A stretch of 64,000 nt of DNA from Eledone cirrhosa (lineage: Eukaryota), in the NCBI GenBank assembly GCA_964016885.1, contig OZ024745.1:37944001-38008000 (forward strand). Direction: 5' to 3'. The first letter of the stretch is position 1. Each line of letters begins with the position of its first letter. The notes under the pieces are model-generated. The model did not search any database, was not told where the DNA came from, and was given only the letters and a program-made list of their open reading frames with translations. Of the stretch, positions 44,178 through 58,557 are shown piece after piece. Position numbers and translations under genes: made by a program.

Positions 44178-46245
44178 ATATTAACAAAATAGATATTCTT
44201 GTGATGAAGTATATTTTATTATACATATTTCAGAGGTACGTCCTCATCAGATAAAATAAGATGATGCATGGCATAGTAGATGGTTAAGATTCAGTCATGG
44301 TAGTGAGTAATATATGACAAAACTCAATATTTATACCCTAATATTGAGAACATGAGAAACACATATAATACATACAATAGAGAGGGTGCGTGAAATACAG
44401 CTAAAAAAATACATGGCCTCAATATAACAGTTAAAAAACTTTTTTTTTAAACTACTGAAGAAAGAGGAAAGAAAGGAAAGCATAGAGGAAGAAACAGCTG
44501 ATGGGATAATATAGTTAGTAGGTGCCCCGAAAAAAACAAATGAGAGATGATTAAAGAGAGAGAGAGACAAAGGGGAATAATTTATGTTCAAGTTTATAGA
44601 CAATTATCCATATATGCAATATGTATCTAAAACTTATTTGGTTGACCGTTAATATTCAAAATATTTAATTGAAGTTATTTCAGAGTAATGAGTAATATTT
44701 TAGGTTTTAAAAGTTAATAGGTATCTGTATTAATATTATATTATTCTATCAAGTTTAGTTTCTAAAATTAAAATTTTATGAAATCAAATTTAAAGGATTT
44801 ACGAAACACGAGAAAGAATGCTTTTATAGCCTCACGAATGTAATCTTTACCAAAATTATTTATAATATTGACAACAGTTTATATAATATAATTTATAAAA
44901 TAATTATAGTTATAATTATTAAATAATTTATGATTAACAGTTTGATTGCCTAAAGGATCAACCGGCCTTATAATTAAACTTAAAGAAGTCTGAATTTTTA
45001 ATTATATATATGTGTTAATAAAAAAAATACACAAGGATTATAATGTCTAAATATATATAACATAATACAATAATACAATATAGTAAATATGTTACTGAAA
45101 ATATTGTTAAAAAAATATTGTTAAAAATTAATGTTTTATATCAATTATTGTGAAATGTTCATTTAGTTGATATATACTATAAATATATAAATCAAAACTA
45201 CATGATTCCTAAGGATAGGGGCTAGATACACAATAAATATAAAGATAAAAAGTGAAAAATAATGAATTGTTTGCGAAACTTAAAAATGCCCAATATTATA
45301 ACATATAGTATAAAATGTAATAGGGTTTTAATATATAGTAGACAAAAAAAACTTCTAAAATATCCAGCGAATGTGATAGAAAGAGGAGCTAAATATTTGA
45401 AAAAGCCGAAGGTAATCTAAATTTAATTAAAATAAAATAAATTAAATTAAATTATATTAAATTAAATAATAATCATTATATAAATTCGAACTTCCAGAGA
45501 ATATCTAACACTTATAACAATAGAGAGTCATTTGAGTATCTAAATTATTTATAAATGTAACTACGAGTATGTTATTACACTAGATAAACATATTTGTACA
45601 ACTATATAGAGATATTATTATAGGTGAAACGATATACATTTAATAAATAAATAATTATAATCATTATTAGTAATGCTATAATTGTAGGTTTACCTCCAGT
45701 TCAGTGGAGAGAGAGACCAATATTTGTAGATTATTATGGTTTGTTATATTTATACCTAGATATATATAACATATATAAATGCAAATCTAACTTTCTGAGT
45801 CCCCAAAACATACCCAAAATGAGTAAAATATGCAAATGTATGAATGATATACAGTTCAATTATAACCGGTAAATTTACAAGTTAAATATCCAAATTATAT
45901 ATTTAAAACAGAGACAGATAAATAAAAATGTATGTATTATATGTGTTTCTCATGTTCTCAATATTAGGGTATAATTATTGAGTTTTGTCATATATTACTC
46001 ACTACCATGACTGAATCTTAACCATCTACTATGTCAGGGTAGGTCAAGCATCATCTTATTTTATCTAATGAGGACGTACTGTTGAACTTAACTCAGTACC
46101 TCTGAAATGTGTATAATAAAATATACTTGATCACAAGAATATCTATTTTGTTAATATTAATAACTCTTGAAACCTTGCTGTTGAGTGCTTCCAATCTATT
46201 GTAAAACTCATTCTTTGATGTATTCATCGAACCTTGTTTAACTTT

Positions 46246-46250
<5 letters not shown>
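44178..46250. mobile_element. Old PLE-derived element with ~200-bp inverted HHR-bearing termini
   Basis: 44178-44376 inverted to 45929-46158; HHR 44212-44258 (-): tattttat-CTGATGA-gga...tct-GAAA-tatgta-TA-ataaaata; decayed GIY-YIG-like 'IGET' near 45620. Confidence 0.65.
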
Positions 46251-46287
<37 letters not shown>

Positions 46288-46938
46288 CACATGCACGATC
46301 GCAAATACACCAACATATATATCTATGTATGAATGCGTGTTTATATTTGTTGAAAAAATATCGAGAAATGCAGAAAGAGTGTTACTTGTTAGAGGGTGAA
46401 GGAGAGTGAAAGAATGAGAGAGTTGTGTAGGAGTGAAATAAATAATTAAAATTAAGAAATTGCTAAAACGAAAATATATATAATTAACATAATGAGGCAG
46501 GGAAACAATAATGAGAGCGAAAAAATACTTCAGTAAGAGACGAACAATAGTTGAAAAGAAAGAAAAGGAGCCGATTATCAGATCAGACCAAGGAAATAAT
46601 GCTTCTACTGCTGAATCTATCTACCGAGCGCAACTCCCGAAGGCGGAGGATGGATATGAATAGATGTACGAGGCAATAGATAAAAATAGATGAATGAAAG
46701 AGAGACAGAGAGAAAGCAGTTTCGGGCCTTTTAAGGTGTAACGAAAACGTATACTCTAATGAAAAGAAAGGGAAGACACGACTGTGTGGACATGAAACAG
46801 TGAGCATAGAGATTAAAGCTTTCATCGGACAGATGAATGAGCTGGGAGTGGTGTATGGGTTAATTGAGTGATAGTGTGAGATATGTGGGTGGATGGAAGG
46901 CTTATTAAAAAGTTGGATGGTTAATTAGAGGAATATAA

Positions 46939-47077
46939 ATAATTGTTTCTACTTTTGGCACACGGACAGCAATTACCCAGTGCATTACTGGTACTTTATT
47001 TTATCGACCCCCATAAGGATGAAAGGCAAAGTTGACCTCGGCGGGGTTTGAGCTCAGAATGGAAAGGGCTGTAACTC
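46939..47077 (-). mobile_element. 5'-truncated SINE
   Basis: 3' two-thirds of the SINE consensus. Confidence 0.8.
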
Positions 47078-47171
47078 AATAATATATAACAGTCAGTCAC
47101 ACATACACAACTACGCACACACACATGCACACCCAGACGTACAAGCACTAATACACACGCTTCACAGGCAC

Positions 47172-47202
<31 letters not shown>

Positions 47203-47270
47203 AGGACACATATACAGAGACACACACTCACTTATGCATATATATACACACACATACATACATACCTATA

Positions 47271-47763
47271 TCTATATATATATAAAGTTGTAGTTCCTGT
47301 CTGTTTGATTGTTTGTTCACGAACTCCTCCTATGGTTTTGGAGGTAGACCCCCATAAACATATATGTTCTGAAACTACTTGCCCAGGGTACTTGGATAAG
47401 TATATTTCATTTTAATCAAAGGGTTCCTCGAGGGCACAAACCCCCCACTGAAAAGTTTAAATTTCATACAAATTACTTCGATTTATATGAAATTTAAACC
47501 ATAGCTAAATGACAAGATATGATTCCTATTCACAAAAGTTTTGAATTGATATTTTGAAAAAAAATTATTTACAAGAAACAAAATAAGAATAAGATTCATT
47601 TCATTTAATATATTACAAAAAATAATGTTTTCCAATTTTTTATGCATTACATTTTACATTGAGTAATATTGAAATGCAGAGTTTTTGTCCATAAACTATA
47701 TCACTGATTTAAAATCATTCATCATTTTCTCACAAAAAAATGTGCAAGACGCGGGTAATTCGG

Positions 47764-47768
<5 letters not shown>
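47271..47768 (+). mobile_element. Possible non-autonomous Helitron-like element
   Basis: 5' TCTATATATATAAA...gtctgtttg; 3' GC-rich gtgcaagacgcgggt...cggct with degenerate CTAG. Confidence 0.4.
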
Positions 47769-47807
<39 letters not shown>

Positions 47808-47810
<3 letters not shown>

Positions 47811-49625
47811 CAAGGAATTGTGGTAAGGAGCCAAATGGACCCTAACGCACCAGAGTACTCAATACCTAGGGTAGTAGAGTGGGAAATAGGAAAAAGTATG
47901 TCCCGACGGCAGAGCTCAAGCCGTTTCGACGGCTATTTCTGGACTAAATTAGAATGTTTAGCCTATTGAATAAATAGCCGAACTTTTCAAGGGGGTACTT
48001 CCTTATATGGGAAGATTGTAGTTGTCAAGAGGACTGGTTAAAATTTGTTGTAAACACAAATAAGTCTATCATGGCATTTGGTGGGAAGTAGGGGTGGCTG
48101 AACTTGCCTGTAGAACAATAGGGGAGTGAGTGGAGCGATCAGGCGTTGAAAGTGATATGTATACATCAGATTCTAGGGATAGTGTATTATTACAGGTTAA
48201 TAAGTTGAGAATAGAAAAAAACTTATAGAAATTACAAAACAGATACAAACTTATAGGGGTTTTTAACACATCTGCTATAAGTAGTTAGTAAAACGTATTC
48301 GGCCAATTCTATCTTAAAATATCAGGGGTGGGGGAACTGATGCTACAAGGCCCGATGGGCTGCATCGGGGTAGGCAAAAGGGGAAAGCAGGCGCGGAAGA
48401 AAATAGGGGGTGGAAGGAAGTGATAGGATGAGACAGGGGTAAGAAGGAGACAAAGAGGAAAAGAAAAGAGATACAACATTTACCCATTTAAGCTGGGGTT
48501 TCTCCTAACTTATTCGGCAAGTGTGTGTTTGTGTGTGAGTGGGGGGGGGGGGTATCAACCCTTGCCTACCCACCCGGATCGTTATAGGGTTAGGGCGAGG
48601 TAAGTCCTACGCAATTTGTGTTTGCATGCGGGTACCAGTTCATCTTTCTTGTTTAGGAGTTGGTCCTTCGAAAACAGCATTTGTAATGTTTCCTCCGAGC
48701 ATAAGTTACACGGACGGCGTCCTCCCGTGTAAGACTTAGCTCTGGACACTAAGCTCCAAGTGAGATTGTAGCTTATATGTTATCTTGGAGGTCCCAGATG
48801 TGGCCCGAAAGTGTAGTGGCATGTCGCCGAACCGGGTTTCGGAAAGTGCGTCGGTGTTGGTAGAGCCGGGTCTTGAAGTCACACGCGGTTAATCCTATAT
48901 AAGCTTTGTTGGAGGTGTCCGTCCTCACGTTGCACTGGTAGATCACGTTACATTCTCGGCATTTGTTGTTGAGGGGGCACGTGGATCTATCAGGGCAGTT
49001 ACACATCCTGGTCGGCTCTCCACTGATGTCTAGGTTATTTCTTCCATAGGGGTTGAGTTTTTTGTTGTTTGAGGAGACGATGTTTTGTGCGAAGTTAGGT
49101 GTGGTGCTGTAGGAGAGTTTGATAGTGTTTTGTTGATTATGTTGTGGTAGCGGTGTTGTAGTGGGAAGTGTTTTTCGAGGAGTCTAAAGAAGATTTTCCC
49201 GATAGGTGTTGCCACCTCGGCATTGTGGGGAGGATTGAACACGTTACGTTGCGTGAGCAGCGGTGTCGCCTGCTGGTTCCGCTAAGGGAAGCTGGATAAA
49301 AGGATATTTCCTCCCGGAAGCCACTCTGCTTGAGGGCCTGGTTGTAATGAGGAGCATGTTCGTCAAATATCTGCTCATTAGTGGACAAACGAGATATGCG
49401 GAGGGAGGTGTTTTTAACCAGGTTATTGGTGATGTTTCTAGGATGGTTAGAGCGGCGGTGGATGTAATGCAGGTTGTCGTTTTGTTTCCTGTATGGGTAG
49501 TGCAGACCAAAGGGTACAACCACAGTAGTACAGATCGAGTAGTACAGACCGGGTCCGTAAACAACGAATCATCTTCTTCCGGGACTGGGGATTTAAAATC
49601 ACCTTACAAACGTCCCTAAAAAACA
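47808..49625 (-). mobile_element. 5'-truncated Penelope-like element (RT thumb + GIY-YIG + pLTR) with internal 5' inversion
   Basis: YIHRRSNHP, FNPPH, CNCPDRSTCPLNNKCRECNVIYQC...AYIGLT...RLYQH on the minus strand; 3' end runs into (TA)n at 47766-47808. Confidence 0.9.
47902..47994 (-). ncRNA. Type I hammerhead ribozyme in the pLTR, U3-A8 core variant
   Basis: ccc-TTGAAAA-gtt-cggctattt...aaatagccg-tc-GAAA-cggc(ttgagctct)gccg-TC-ggg. Confidence 0.75.
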
Positions 49626-49704
49626 CATAGTATATTCTTGCACCTGTATTATGTTAAACGGCACGTTATTGCTACTGGATTTTAGTCTTCAATTTTATTA
49701 TTAT

Positions 49705-49764
<60 letters not shown>

Positions 49765-49917
49765 TTACATATATATGGTCTTTATTCTCTCTCGTTCACA
49801 ATTCACCGAACTTATATTCATGGAAATCTGGGACTTGACTCTTTCTTCCTCACTTTTCGTTGCATTACCATCTTTGTTTGTTTGGAAGATCACTGATGAA
49901 GGACTAAGTTTATTTAA

Positions 49918-50024
<107 letters not shown>

Positions 50025-50027
50025 TAC

Positions 50028-50110
<83 letters not shown>

Positions 50111-50684
50111 TGTGTGTATATTTCCCACATCTTATGTTAACTACTTTCCCATTTTGACGCTATAGTCACTTATATATTATGGGATACTGTTGGCTTCTTG
50201 CTACAATTCTTTCTATATATATATATAATATATGTTTATACTATATGTTTATATACAAATATACAATGAAGGTATGAGAGACTTGCTATCAAGGAAAAGA
50301 AAATATTACCTGTATGAAAAAATTATTTTTTTTATTTTTTGCTGTGTCATAGATATCTCAGTATCGTTGAGAATGCCTGAGAGCTGTTTCAAGAATCGTT
50401 AATGTCTTATGAGTGACATTCACTCAACTGAGTTGAAAAAAAGATTAGAACCTATATAAATTTCATGTGATGAGATTTGCAGGTCACTATTTTGATGCCT
50501 CTTGTTTTCTGGGGGTACGGTCAAATTTGGACTTTGAATCATTGGGTAGCGCTTTTGTTCCGAGTATGAACATAAATAAATAACATATTTCTTCTCCTCC
50601 CAATTGAGCACACTGCATTCCTTTTTCCTTTCCTTTTTACATCTACGGATACTGCTACATTTACATATACGTGGAAACATATAC

Positions 50685-51838
<1,154 letters not shown>

Positions 51839-51840
<2 letters not shown>

Positions 51841-54800
51841 GTATGACATTAAACTACATCCAGTGGCAAGGCTCCAGTTCGGGAGTTCAGGAGATGTGGG
51901 GAATGTGGAGTTACCCCTTAGTTGTCATGACTCCCAGGTCTGCCCTGGCCCGGGGTGGTAGTACCTGTTAGGGCTCCATTAATGGGTTAAATAACTACCT
52001 TATTCGAGTGGCGCCGGTAAGGTATCGTCAGCCATTGAAAAGAAATATGGAGAGTCGATCTAACAGCACTAGGGTTAGAGCCCCTAATTACACTGTCAAG
52101 GAGCAGCCTGGTCGTTATGACTCTGCTGGCTTAGAGCCACAGAGAGGGCCAGTGGATGATGGATCAGCTGTCTCTGAGACAAATATAAAGAATGCAGTTT
52201 TGTCCTGCAGAAGAGCCATCAAAATGAGCACTTTGAATGTGAGGACTATTCGAACGCTGGAGAAGAGAGAGGAGTTGGGACATCTGTTCGAGGAGAGTGG
52301 TATACAGATACTTGCGATCCAAGAACACAGGATTCTACACAATGAGCCCGTGAGGAGTGTGATGATCGGGAGGAAGAGCCAGCTCATCACTACATCGGCA
52401 GTGAAGAACACAACAAATGCTGCAGTGGGAGGAGTGGGTTTTGTGTTCAGTGCAAAAACCAATCTGTTGGTGAGGGAAATAATGCCTATCTCCCCGCGAG
52501 TGTTGAGGGTGACCTTCAATGGAAACCCAAGACTGACAGTCATCTCAGCCTATAGTCCAACCGAGGGGGACAGTGATGTGAATGCCGAGGAGTTCCATGA
52601 GGAGGTATGTAGAGCTGTCAACACCACTCAGGCACACAATATCCTGCTTGTTTTGGGGGACTTCAATGCACATCTGAGTAAGGAGGGCAGTGAAGATACT
52701 TGCTGGTACTTCCATAACAACACCAACCGAAATGGAAGACTACTGAGAGACACCCTGCTGGAGGCGAACTTGATGGTGACCAACCTAAGGTTTAGGAAGA
52801 ATCTGGGGAAGATGTGGACCTACATCTCAGATATGCACCTGTCCAAGTCCCAGATTGATTTCATTCTGGTGAGGAAAAAGTGGCGGAATAGTGTTCTGAA
52901 CACGGAACCATACAGCTATTTCAGTACAGTGGGTAGTGACCACCGGCTTGTTATGAGTGAGGTCCGCGTGAGCTTAAGAAAGAGCAAGGCTCAGCCCCGG
53001 AGAACAATCTATGACTGGGGAGCTTTCAAGGAAGATGATAAGCTACAGGAGAGGTTCACAGTGGAAGTGAGAAACAGGTTTAGTGCTCTGTGTGGAGAGT
53101 CAGAGGAGAGAGAGAGATTGGATGGACTGAGGAGAGTGACGACGGGGTACGGGCACTTCACCAATGCAGTGGCGAAAGCAAGTGAAACCCTGGTGCCGAG
53201 GAAAAAGAACAAAGGGAAGCACGTCAGCTCTGCAAACCCAAATGTGTGTGCAGCCAGAGAACACCTGAAAGCTGCCAGGGACCAATTCTATGCTGATCCT
53301 ACGGAGGAGAGGATGGAGACTGTGGAGGTGATGAGGGAAGAGCTCTGTACCGCTTACACTGAGGTCAGAGAGGAGGCACTGATAGAGAAGATCAGAAGTG
53401 TGGAGAGAGCGGTTGACAGATCTGGATGTAAGGAGAGCTGGATGATCATCAACGAGATCACAGGGAGGAAGAAAAGGTGTTCGAGTCAGATCCAGGGAAC
53501 GGGGCCCGATGATAGGAAGAGGAAATGGCTAGACCATTTTAGGACCCTACTAGGAGAGTCACCCTCCACAGCCCGGAGCACTGGGGAGATCAGGCGGCTG
53601 TTTGGGGAACTGGATGTTGAGACAGAGCCCTTCACCAGAGAGGAGCTTCAGAGAGCCAAGAAGAAGATCAAGGAGGGCAAGGCTCATGGAGAAGATGGAG
53701 TGGCATTAGAGGTGATGAAGAGGTGTGATTTTGATGATATCATCCTGGGGTTCTGTAACGGGGCACTGGAGAAAGGAGTTGCCCCGAATCAGTGGAGGAT
53801 CAGTAACATCGTCCCAGTGCCAAAGAAGGGAGATCTCTCTAACACCAACAACTACCGGGGGATCTCACTGACGTCACTTGTGGCAAAGACCCTCAACAGG
53901 ATGATTCTTAACAGGATCCAGCCTGAGATGGAGAAGAAGCTCAGGGACAACCAGAACGGCTTCAGAGAGGGTAGATCAACCACCAGTCACATCCTGATGC
54001 TGAGGAGGATATTAGAGGGAGCTAGAGCAAAGTGCCTTCCTGCGGTCATGGTTTTCATTGACTTAAGGAAGGCCTTTGATTTTGTGGACCGTTACTGCCT
54101 GATGAAGATCTTACAGGCTTATGGAATCCCCAAGAGGATAGTGGACCTGATATCACTGCTCTACACCAACACCAAAGCCCAAGTCATTACACCTGATGGG
54201 ATGACAGAGTTCTTTGAGATACTGGCTGGAGTGCTCCAGGGAGATACATTGGCTCCCTACCTTTTTATCATCGTAGTGGACTATTGTATGCGCCTTGCAC
54301 TGGAGAAACACCAGGACACTGGCTTTACTGTAGCACCGGCTCAGAGCAGGAGAGTTGGGGCGAAAAAGGTATCGGATGCTGAATTTGCCGACGACATAGT
54401 TTTGGTGACAAATACAGTGAAGGAGGCAGAGGAATTGATGCGGGAGGTTGAGACTGTGTCGATGAGTGTGGGGCTGAGAATGAATGAGACTAAAACAAAA
54501 TATCTGGTAGAGAATGTTGAGAAGCCAGAGGGGATCACTAATGTAGGCGGGAAGCCGCTGGAATTGGTTGAGGACTTCCTGTATTTGGGAGCAAAGATTG
54601 GGAATACGGAGGATGATGTGGTTGAGAGGAAGAGCAAGGCCTGGGCGGCGTGTCACAGCTTGAGATCGGTGTGGAAGTCGGACCTTCGTAGAGACCTGAA
54701 AATCCGCCTCTTCATTGCTGTAGTGGAGTCTGTGCTGCTGTATGGGTCTGAGACTTGGACACTGACCAAGAGACTCACTCAGATGGTGGATGGGTGCTAC

Positions 54801-55147
54801 ACGAGAATGCTGAGGATGGCTCTGAACATTAATCAGTATACACTGAGGATGAAAAACTCAGAGCTGTATGGGAGCATCCCAAAAGTCAGCTCAAAAGTGA
54901 TACAGAGGAGACTGAGGTTGGCTGGACATGCTCACCGACATCCAGAGTTGACATTGCACTCAGTGCTCCTTTGGGAGCCCCTACATGGACACACTAGAAG
55001 AGGAAGACCAAGGTTAACATATGTTGATCCCCTAAGGACAGACACTGGTCTGTTGGAGATGCAGGATATGGCAGCGATAATGAGGGATAGAGACCGCTGG
55101 AGAGAACTCGTCCATGGATCTCGGGAATTTTACCCGCCTTAGATATA
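51839..55147 (+). mobile_element. Near full-length RTE-clade LINE inserted in (TA)n
   Basis: ~200-bp GC-richer 5' UTR, single intact ORF, ends at the stop codon followed by ATATAT. Confidence 0.9.
52008..55142 (+). CDS. RTE-clade LINE ORF: AP endonuclease + reverse transcriptase (first ATG at 52047)
   Basis: APE motifs TLNVRT, LAIQEHR, AYSPT, GDFNAH, IDFILV, SDH; RT motifs NYRGISL, QNGFR, FIDLRKAFD, GVLQGDTLAP, FADD, FLYLG; RTE C-terminal YGSETW, RGRP, DRDRWR; no stops in 1044 codons. Confidence 0.95.
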   Translation: MAPVRYRQPLKRNMESRSNSTRVRAPNYTVKEQPGRYDSAGLEPQRGPVDDGSAVSETNIKNAVLSCRRAIKMSTLNVRTIRTLEKREELGHLFEESGIQILAIQEHRILHNEPVRSVMIGRKSQLITTSAVKNTTNAAVGGVGFVFSAKTNLLVREIMPISPRVLRVTFNGNPRLTVISAYSPTEGDSDVNAEEFHEEVCRAVNTTQAHNILLVLGDFNAHLSKEGSEDTCWYFHNNTNRNGRLLRDTLLEANLMVTNLRFRKNLGKMWTYISDMHLSKSQIDFILVRKKWRNSVLNTEPYSYFSTVGSDHRLVMSEVRVSLRKSKAQPRRTIYDWGAFKEDDKLQERFTVEVRNRFSALCGESEERERLDGLRRVTTGYGHFTNAVAKASETLVPRKKNKGKHVSSANPNVCAAREHLKAARDQFYADPTEERMETVEVMREELCTAYTEVREEALIEKIRSVERAVDRSGCKESWMIINEITGRKKRCSSQIQGTGPDDRKRKWLDHFRTLLGESPSTARSTGEIRRLFGELDVETEPFTREELQRAKKKIKEGKAHGEDGVALEVMKRCDFDDIILGFCNGALEKGVAPNQWRISNIVPVPKKGDLSNTNNYRGISLTSLVAKTLNRMILNRIQPEMEKKLRDNQNGFREGRSTTSHILMLRRILEGARAKCLPAVMVFIDLRKAFDFVDRYCLMKILQAYGIPKRIVDLISLLYTNTKAQVITPDGMTEFFEILAGVLQGDTLAPYLFIIVVDYCMRLALEKHQDTGFTVAPAQSRRVGAKKVSDAEFADDIVLVTNTVKEAEELMREVETVSMSVGLRMNETKTKYLVENVEKPEGITNVGGKPLELVEDFLYLGAKIGNTEDDVVERKSKAWAACHSLRSVWKSDLRRDLKIRLFIAVVESVLLYGSETWTLTKRLTQMVDGCYTRMLRMALNINQYTLRMKNSELYGSIPKVSSKVIQRRLRLAGHAHRHPELTLHSVLLWEPLHGHTRRGRPRLTYVDPLRTDTGLLEMQDMAAIMRDRDRWRELVHGSREFYPP

Positions 55148-55400
55148 TTAGAAAGTGAGGTTTTTTTACAAAATGAAAATTAACCGAGGTGTCCTACACG
55201 AGTGAAAATATAAAGAAAGAAAGATGGAATCGAAAATGCAACTAGAGTCTTATTTTTAAAATGTTATATATATTTATTTGGTCCCCTTACGGGTTTCGCA
55301 GTTCTTCTGCTTTTCAAAAGTATAGTTGAGATGGAGGGTCTGTGGTTTTTCTCACATTTGTAAGGCGACCTTACTTTTGGGATTGCCCTCGTATATATAT

Positions 55401-55480
<80 letters not shown>

Positions 55481-55713
55481 GCATGTATGTATATGAAATA
55501 AACTTTATCACAGAAGTTACACAATCATATATACGCTTAAGCAACGTCTGCTTTAATGATTATTTAATGCATGATAATTCTGTTACATTTGGTCGATAGC
55601 TCTAAGCTGGATATATACCACTGACCTTAGGAGCTTTCACCTGCTTAAACCCGTTTATCAACGAGAATTCACTGCGCAACACTTACAGATAAACAACTCA
55701 GCAACAAGTAACA

Positions 55714-55793
<80 letters not shown>

Positions 55794-58060
55794 CATCATC
55801 ACACACACACAGATATATATATAGATATATATACGGCGGACATCTAACGCTTTTGCCTACCAAATTCTACTAAAAAGGCATTGGTCAATGAGGCTATAAT
55901 AGAAACCACTTAAGATGCGCTTAAGATGCCGCCTAGCGAGACTGAACCCAGAATCATATCGTTCCAAAGTGAAATTCTTAATTACAGAATCTCTCCTCTG
56001 TTTATATAGGATTTTTTTAAAGCTCACTGGTCAATTCATATATTTCTGTGTCAGCCTTATCAAAACGTTTATTACATTATTTCCCTGTTGCTTCATCGAT
56101 AAAATTATTTAAATAAAGCTGTGACATTAAACAAATACATTATAAATGCTATGGTTTTCAGAATAGATAATTCACAGATGTCATTCCCATGAATGAGCCA
56201 AAAGACCCCCCCCCCCAAAAAAAAAAAAAAAAATCACTGACGGTATAGCTTGGCAATAGTGTTGTCGATGAGTAGACTGGGGCAAAGTTGAATAAACTGT
56301 TTTGTCAAAGACACAACGCACGACCCGATCTCGGAAGCGAACTAATCTTACGATCATGAGAATTAGCAACGAAGGTATGCGTTGACATCATGATAAGAGA
56401 ACCCCAGACAACACGGTTTCAATGATGTTTCTGAACTATATAATTCTTAAACAATTTTATATTCCCACATCAACGGAATTCTTTACGATATTTGTTCTGG
56501 ATGTCAATTTTGATTTTACATAATTTCGGGGTCGATAAACAAAATACCAGTACAGGCCAGGTTATTGAGTGGAATTAGTCAAAATGTTTAGCCGTATTTG
56601 TTCCGGCTCGTTGCGTTCTAAATCCCACGTCGATATCCATACATTTATTTATCAGACACTATAAGTGTAGGACAACATGGTCTGATGTGTCTTATTTCAG
56701 GGAAAATTGGTGTTATCACTAGCAGGTTCAGCGACTACGTATCAGATGCCTCTTGATTTCGTGATCAAATACGTTAGTTATTGTTGTTTCCCCCGACCTG
56801 TAATGATATAGCTAAGTGTTAAAAACTCACTGATATCAACTTTGTCTTTCGAAATCTTTCAATCTAGCCCTTGACGTCTATGCTAGCTTTTGGCATACGT
56901 TCACATCGCACATGTTTCCTAATAGCCATCATATAAGATATCTGTGTCCACCTTGCACGTTCTTTGCACGAACCATGGTGGACGACATTAGAGCTATCCA
57001 TGCTATGAAACCATCTCGGAGCAAGCCATGCTTGAGGACAATGATGACTACATTATCCATTTTAATATTTACGTATTATATCAATACATTTATTCTGTGA
57101 TATATAAGTTCCCATGGAATATAGTTTTCTTCGTGCTCTCGCTAATTATCTATATCGTGTTATTTTTATTTGCAAGTGTAGTGTGTTGTTCAAGGGAAAA
57201 TTTTCTTCTGTTTGCAATTGGTTGAGCAACCATTTTGAGATTGTTCCTCGTTGGGATATGACTAAACACGTTCTAAACAGCTTCTTTGATTAAGATTTAA
57301 GAGGAGTTCATCCACAATCCTTTTAGCATATGAATTTAGCGTTTTAAGGAAAAATTGAAACAAATATATTTTTATGAAAAATAAAATAGATCTGGCCGGA
57401 CTGCATGTAGTCTGTTGTAGTTGATTAAGATAACGTTGATGATGATTTGGATGGTGATGATGATGATGGGGATGATGATGATGATAATGCTAGCGGATAT
57501 GTTGATGTTGGTGATGTTGAGGATGATAGTGATAGTGATGTTAATGGTCCCGGATATGCTGATGGTGGTAATGATGATAAATCTATAGTCATGTTGCTGA
57601 GTTTGACGAACATGACATGGTTGATCATTAACAACACAGCAAATGGTTCTACGTTAAAATTATAATGACAGTACATTTAGCAAATCAATTCATTGCATTA
57701 TACATGCAAACGATTACAGATATTGTTCTGACAACAACAACAACAACATCAATGACTGCAGCAAGAATTAAACATAAATGATGCAGTTGTAAAATTACAC
57801 AAAAGCTTTTAATGTAAGCCTGTTGAAAATCAATCTAGAATATAGGCGTATTCTTAAATAATATTCCATCATTAAACAGCAGCCATGCTGGCGTACCCCC
57901 TCCAATTAATCGACTCCAGTACTTATTTTATCAGGTCAGGTAAATATTTTGTCACTCTCAATTACACTAACCACTATGTTATAAACGCAAGTAGAAACGC
58001 AAACATAAACATAAACACGTAAAAACGCATGTTTTACCAGCATATGTGTATATATATAAA

Positions 58061-58133
<73 letters not shown>

Positions 58134-58494
58134 TATATATATATGTAATTTTTAGCCTGTCTTTGTCTTTCATGACGAGGTCATGCTGAATTATTGCATT
58201 CAAATTCGAAAGTTAAGGCATTTTCTGATGTTACTTCATATACCTAGTTCCGTCAAAGTATTTGCCTTTTAAAAAACGCAATGCTTTTGGGGGGTTTGTT
58301 TGTTTTGTCTAATGTTAGGTTCTAATCCCTAATATCTGCAATTTTCCTCTAATAATTCTTAATTTATCTACAAATTTGGCACAAAAGCTAAATTAGTGTT
58401 CAGGAAATTTTATTCATTGCATTCGTGATCACCATTATTTAAGACATATTAATATTTGGTACTTTACCCGGCACAGGGTGCTGATAATATGTGC

Positions 58495-58557
<63 letters not shown>

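Noticed and set aside
51839-52007. HDV-like ribozyme in the RTE 5' UTR
   Set aside because: RTE 5' UTRs often carry one and gac-tcccag-gtc resembles P3/L3, but I could not build P1, P2 and J4/2 by eye; needs a descriptor search.
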